A stretch of DNA of 63,127 nucleotides, filler included, from Octopus bimaculoides (taxonomy: Eukaryota), in NCBI RefSeq assembly GCF_001194135.2. It is 6 parts of 5 records of this genome, joined end to end, with 100 filler letters (N's around TTAATTAATTAA, not from the genome) between each part and the next. Parts side by side here need not be neighbours in the genome. Positions count along the whole stretch, not along the records: positions 56,348 to 61,855 come from NC_068982.1; positions 61,956 to 63,127 come from NC_068983.1; 4 more parts are not named here. One strand, 5' to 3'. The notes beneath the pieces are model-generated. The model was not told the DNA's origin, made no database searches, and saw only the letters and a list, made by a program, of their open reading frames with translations. Position numbers and translations under genes: made by a program. Positions 58,915 through 63,127 of this stretch are shown here, piece by piece. How positions within the stretch are numbered: the first letter of the stretch is position 1; each line of letters opens with the position of its first letter.

Positions 58915-59570
58915 CACAAAAAAAGAAAAGACGAAGACAGGTGGTGTAGACAACAAACAGATGTATTAGTTTAACGCTCGAGAAGTGAAAAAATCTTTAA
59001 CGTTTCGAGCCTACACTCTTCCACTGAAAGGAACACAGAAAGAAACAAGGAGAGAAAATGAAGAATGTGTAGTGGCTAGCATTCTATCACTGCGAATGTC
59101 GGACAGAGGGGTCACACAGGAGAGCAAGGAAGAAGGGGAGATAATAATGTAGTGGTGATCCCAATACGAAGGTGCTTGTGCGTGTGTATAAGAGTGTATG
59201 TATGTACGTGTGGAAGAGGGCTGGTGATCTTGACGTGTGCGTGTGTGGATGTGTAGGTGTGAAGTGGGGGGGCTGGGAAGTGGTTAGTGGTGTGATGTGA
59301 TGTGATGTGTTTTGTAGTATGGTGGTGTATGGTGTAGTGGTGTGTGGTGTGGTGTGATAGTGTTGGGAGGTGGGGGAGGCGAAAGTGGGGAAAGCAAGGG
59401 TGGGATGTAGGCAAGGGTGAGTGTGGGGGTAGAGGTGGAGTATGTGTGTATGCAGGGGGTGGGGTAGAGGTGAGGTATGTGGGAAGGGATGTAAGGGATG
59501 GAGTGGGATGGGAAGGATAGGGAAGGTGGGGTGGGATGGGAAGGATAGGGAATGTGGGGTGGGAATGTGT
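58915..59570 (-). mobile_element. Penelope-like element end with G-rich low-complexity tract
   Basis: Reverse complement reads gaagagtgtaggctcgaaacgttaaag...tacaccacctgtcttcgtc, homologous to 22185-22335. Confidence 0.55.
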
Positions 59571-60838
59571 NNNNNNNNNNNNNNNNNNNNNNNNNNNNNN
59601 NNNNNNNNNNNNNNNNNNNNNNNNNNNNNNNNNNNNNNNNNNNNNNNNNNNNNNNNNNNNNNNNNNNNNNNNNNNNNNNNNNNNNNNNNNNNNNNNNNNN
59701 NNNNNNNNNNNNNNNNNNNNNNNNNNNNNNNNNNNNNNNNNNNNNNNNNNNNNNNNNNNNNNNNNNNNNNNNNNNNNNNNNNNNNNNNNNNNNNNNNNNN
59801 NNNNNNNNNNNNNNNNNNNNNNNNNNNNNNNNNNNNNNNNNNNNNNNNNNNNNNNNNNNNNNNNNNNNNNNNNNNNNNNNNNNNNNNNNNNNNNNNNNNN
59901 NNNNNNNNNNNNNNNNNNNNNNNNNNNNNNNNNNNNNNNNNNNNNNNNNNNNNNNNNNNNNNNNNNNNNNNNNNNNNNNNNNNNNNNNNNNNNNNNNNNN
60001 NNNNNNNNNNNNNNNNNNNNNNNNNNNNNNNNNNAGGTGGGTGGGAGGAAGTAGGTGGGTGGGAGGAAGTAGGTGGGAGGGGATGTATATATATATATAT
60101 ATATAATGTAAGAAGTATTTTCATCTCAGTGATTCTCTTGGAGTTAGCTCCAGTGTTTATAGTTTAAGATTTTAAACACCTAAGACGGAAATATTGTCAA
60201 CTAACCTAATAGATAATCTCAGATGATTGAATAGTTTCAAAGCACTGTATTATATATACGAGGCCCTGCCATGTTTGTACTAAATTTGTTAAAAAAATTC
60301 TCGAGGATATCTTCTCCAGATATTCATAATTAGCGCCAGTACATTCTCCCTATTTATGTATATATTGATCAAACCTAGTCTTCCTAACAGAACAGAATAT
60401 GCTTCCTTGAGATCTAATAAAACCAAAATATTTCAGCTACTTTCACTATTTAGCTTTAAAACCAATTCCACTGCCATACTGTATTTTTTATATTTTCCAA
60501 AAATGCGATTATCTTATTTGAAGTTATCTATCTTGCCTGTTATTTAAAGATCCCCAGGATAGAGTTTTAGTATATTCATTTCATGGATAATGTAACTTAA
60601 TCGAAGCTTTTTAAATCACTGCCTTGCGTACGTCATACCCAACTATTTCAATTAAATACTAGAACTGATTAATTAAAATTTGCTATTATTTATATTATCG
60701 ATCGAGAGAAGGCATTCATTATTATGTAATCCAAACGATCGTTTTCGTTATAAACAGGTCAGCCATGATCAAAACTTTTTCTGGTTGTCGTAACGTTAGT
60801 GGGTTATATATATGTGTGTATATATATATATATATGTT

Positions 60839-60895
<57 letters not shown>

Positions 60896-61008
60896 GATAG
60901 ATAGATAGATAGATACTTGAATATATATATAGATATAGATATATATATGTTTATAGATATATATATATATATATAGTTTGTATGTATATACATATATACA
61001 TACAGTCA

Positions 61009-61065
<57 letters not shown>

Positions 61066-61460
61066 AAATCCATACACTGTCTTTATATACAGTGGCACAT
61101 GTGTTCATGCATGTAAGGGCAATGTGTATGCGAGTGCAAGTGGATGTGTAAGTACTAGGTTATTTTCCATTTAACAGTCTCTCGGCAGTAACGAAGAAAT
61201 TTCCTCAACTGGCCCGTTAAATTGAAATTTCANNNNNNNNNNTTGCTTATTTTGATTTTTTGATCACCTCGTTTTTGGAATGGTTTTTGTATAATACCAT
61301 ACCATACTATATTCTGGTGCCTAAACATAAGTACCATATTCAATTTTGAATCTAAATCTAAACCTTTTATATTGATACACATACCAACTGCACGATAAAT
61401 ACAGGCCTAATTACATTAAGTTAATAAAGATGCGAGAAATAGATGCACTAAAACACTAGC

Positions 61461-61707
61461 AGTGGAGGCGCGTGGCTTAGTGGTTAGCGTGTCAGCACCA
61501 TGATCATAAGATTGCAGTTTCGATTCCTGGACCGGGCGGCGCGTTGTGTTCTTGAGCAAAACGCTTCATTTCACGTTGCTCCAGTCCACTCAGCTGGCAA
61601 AAGTGAGTAACGCTGCGATGGACTGGCGTCCTGTCCAGCTCGGGAACACATACGCCAGTGAAACCGGGAAACCGGGCCCATGAGCCTGGCTAGGCTTTAA
61701 AAAGGCG
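61461..61707 (+). mobile_element. tRNA-derived SINE family E (composite central domains)
   Basis: A/B boxes (tggcttagtggttag, gtttcgattcc), tgtgttcttgagcaaaac, and tgcgatggactggcgtcctgtccag, which resembles the V-SINE domain; degenerate copy at about 55995-56180. Confidence 0.7.
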
Positions 61708-63127
61708 AGAGAAGAAAAAACACTAGCAAGTTATTCTACGTATAGAAAATGTAAGCAAATAAAAGTTGATAGTAATAGAATCCACTGTTAATAAATTTAC
61801 ATAATTTGGTGACGCAAACAGGAAATATAGAACTCAATACATGATCAAATATATANNNNNNNNNNNNNNNNNNNNNNNNNNNNNNNNNNNNNNNNNNNNT
61901 TAATTAATTAANNNNNNNNNNNNNNNNNNNNNNNNNNNNNNNNNNNNNNNNNNNNTATATATATATATACAGACACACATATATGTGTGTGTGTTTTCTG
62001 TATGTGTGTGTGTGTGTGTGTGTATAATCAGTTCTAAATACTCGACATAAAAATGTGGTTCGAACGCTAGAATCTGCGGACTTTCGCCGAGAAAATTTCT
62101 TTTAAAGACGTATTTTGTTAGCAAACACAATATACTGCAGGGTTAAGCGAAACGGATCCCTCCACAATTAACCACGAAAACGGCACATACGTATTTTACT
62201 ATCTTTGGTGTTTTTCAGTGCCGTTGACTCTCCTCACTTCCGAAATGAAGTAGACATAACTTGTCTGAAAAGTTCATAAACAACTCGCTAACTATCGACG
62301 GCGTTGCATAAGTAGAATAAATTCACATTATAATATAAACATTAACAATACCACATACATAAAATGTACGTATTGTATAAACGCCCGAAGCTACGATTGT
62401 TCGCCCACGAAAACATCACGTTACAATGGGTAGAGTGTTAAAATAAACGCAATATATTTCAGAGTTAAGCGAAACGAAATCGGACGAGATGAGATCAGCC
62501 GCAAATACACGAAAATAAGTATCGGTCGCACACTCCTATATATGTATATATTTTTATATATTTAAAATTATTCAAATATACAGATCACAGCCGATATTAA
62601 TTGGCAGTATAAGCATCGGTTTTGCATTTAGGAGGATGGGAATAATCACCTGAACCGAACACAGAATAATCACCTCAACCGAACACAGAAATGAAATTGC
62701 AATTATTCAATCGATTCTCGAGTAATAGATAGAAATATAGTTTCAACAGATTCTGAAATCACAGCGTAATGAAACAAAAATAGAAGCCATGCAGCATTTC
62801 ACCAAATTCTCTATCGCACTGGAATCGCTGTGTATATTCGCAATAATTTGTTCAACTTTATAAAATAGAACGGCATGCAAATATATACAAAATCCATGTT
62901 GATAGATGTCAAAATAAACCGCAGAGTGTTATAATAATTGATATATGTTGCTTGCTATTCAAAATTAGCATGAGGATATAATACAAATAAGAAAATAAAT
63001 TACTTACGTAAACAATATTTTGGATAACTATGTCATTCAATGCAATTTTTTTGAAACAAATTAATTAAATATTTATTTGTTTTGTATCAAAATTTATATA
63101 ATGAAGTAATATATATATATATATATA

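Overview
AT-rich, microsatellite- and SINE-dense eukaryotic DNA with many N-gaps. The repeat content suggests an octopus (coleoid cephalopod) draft assembly; this is inference. One protein-coding gene is well supported, and it is invisible in the ORF track: a six-exon, plus-strand phospholipid-hydroperoxide glutathione peroxidase (GPx4-like) at 31345-39931. Its active-site codon is an in-frame TGA (35728-35730, selenocysteine). A type II SECIS element (39991-40036) and a likely poly(A) signal lie in its 3' UTR. Its probable first exon encodes a mitochondrial-type presequence and is overlapped by a tiny UGA-terminated uORF. The rest is mostly transposon debris: several tRNA-derived SINE families, RTE, CRE, R2/R4-like and Penelope-like retroelement fragments, a Gypsy LTR end, Tc1/mariner/maT fragments, MITEs and a Helitron Rep fragment with an intact 3' end. 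Unusual structures include a hammerhead-ribozyme-like motif (3358-3471), two perfect palindromes built from the same SINE segment, a SINE with twin-priming geometry, and a ~700-bp inverted duplication bracketed by a perfect 20-bp direct repeat. Repeat family names come from motif recognition, not database searches, and repeat boundaries are approximate.
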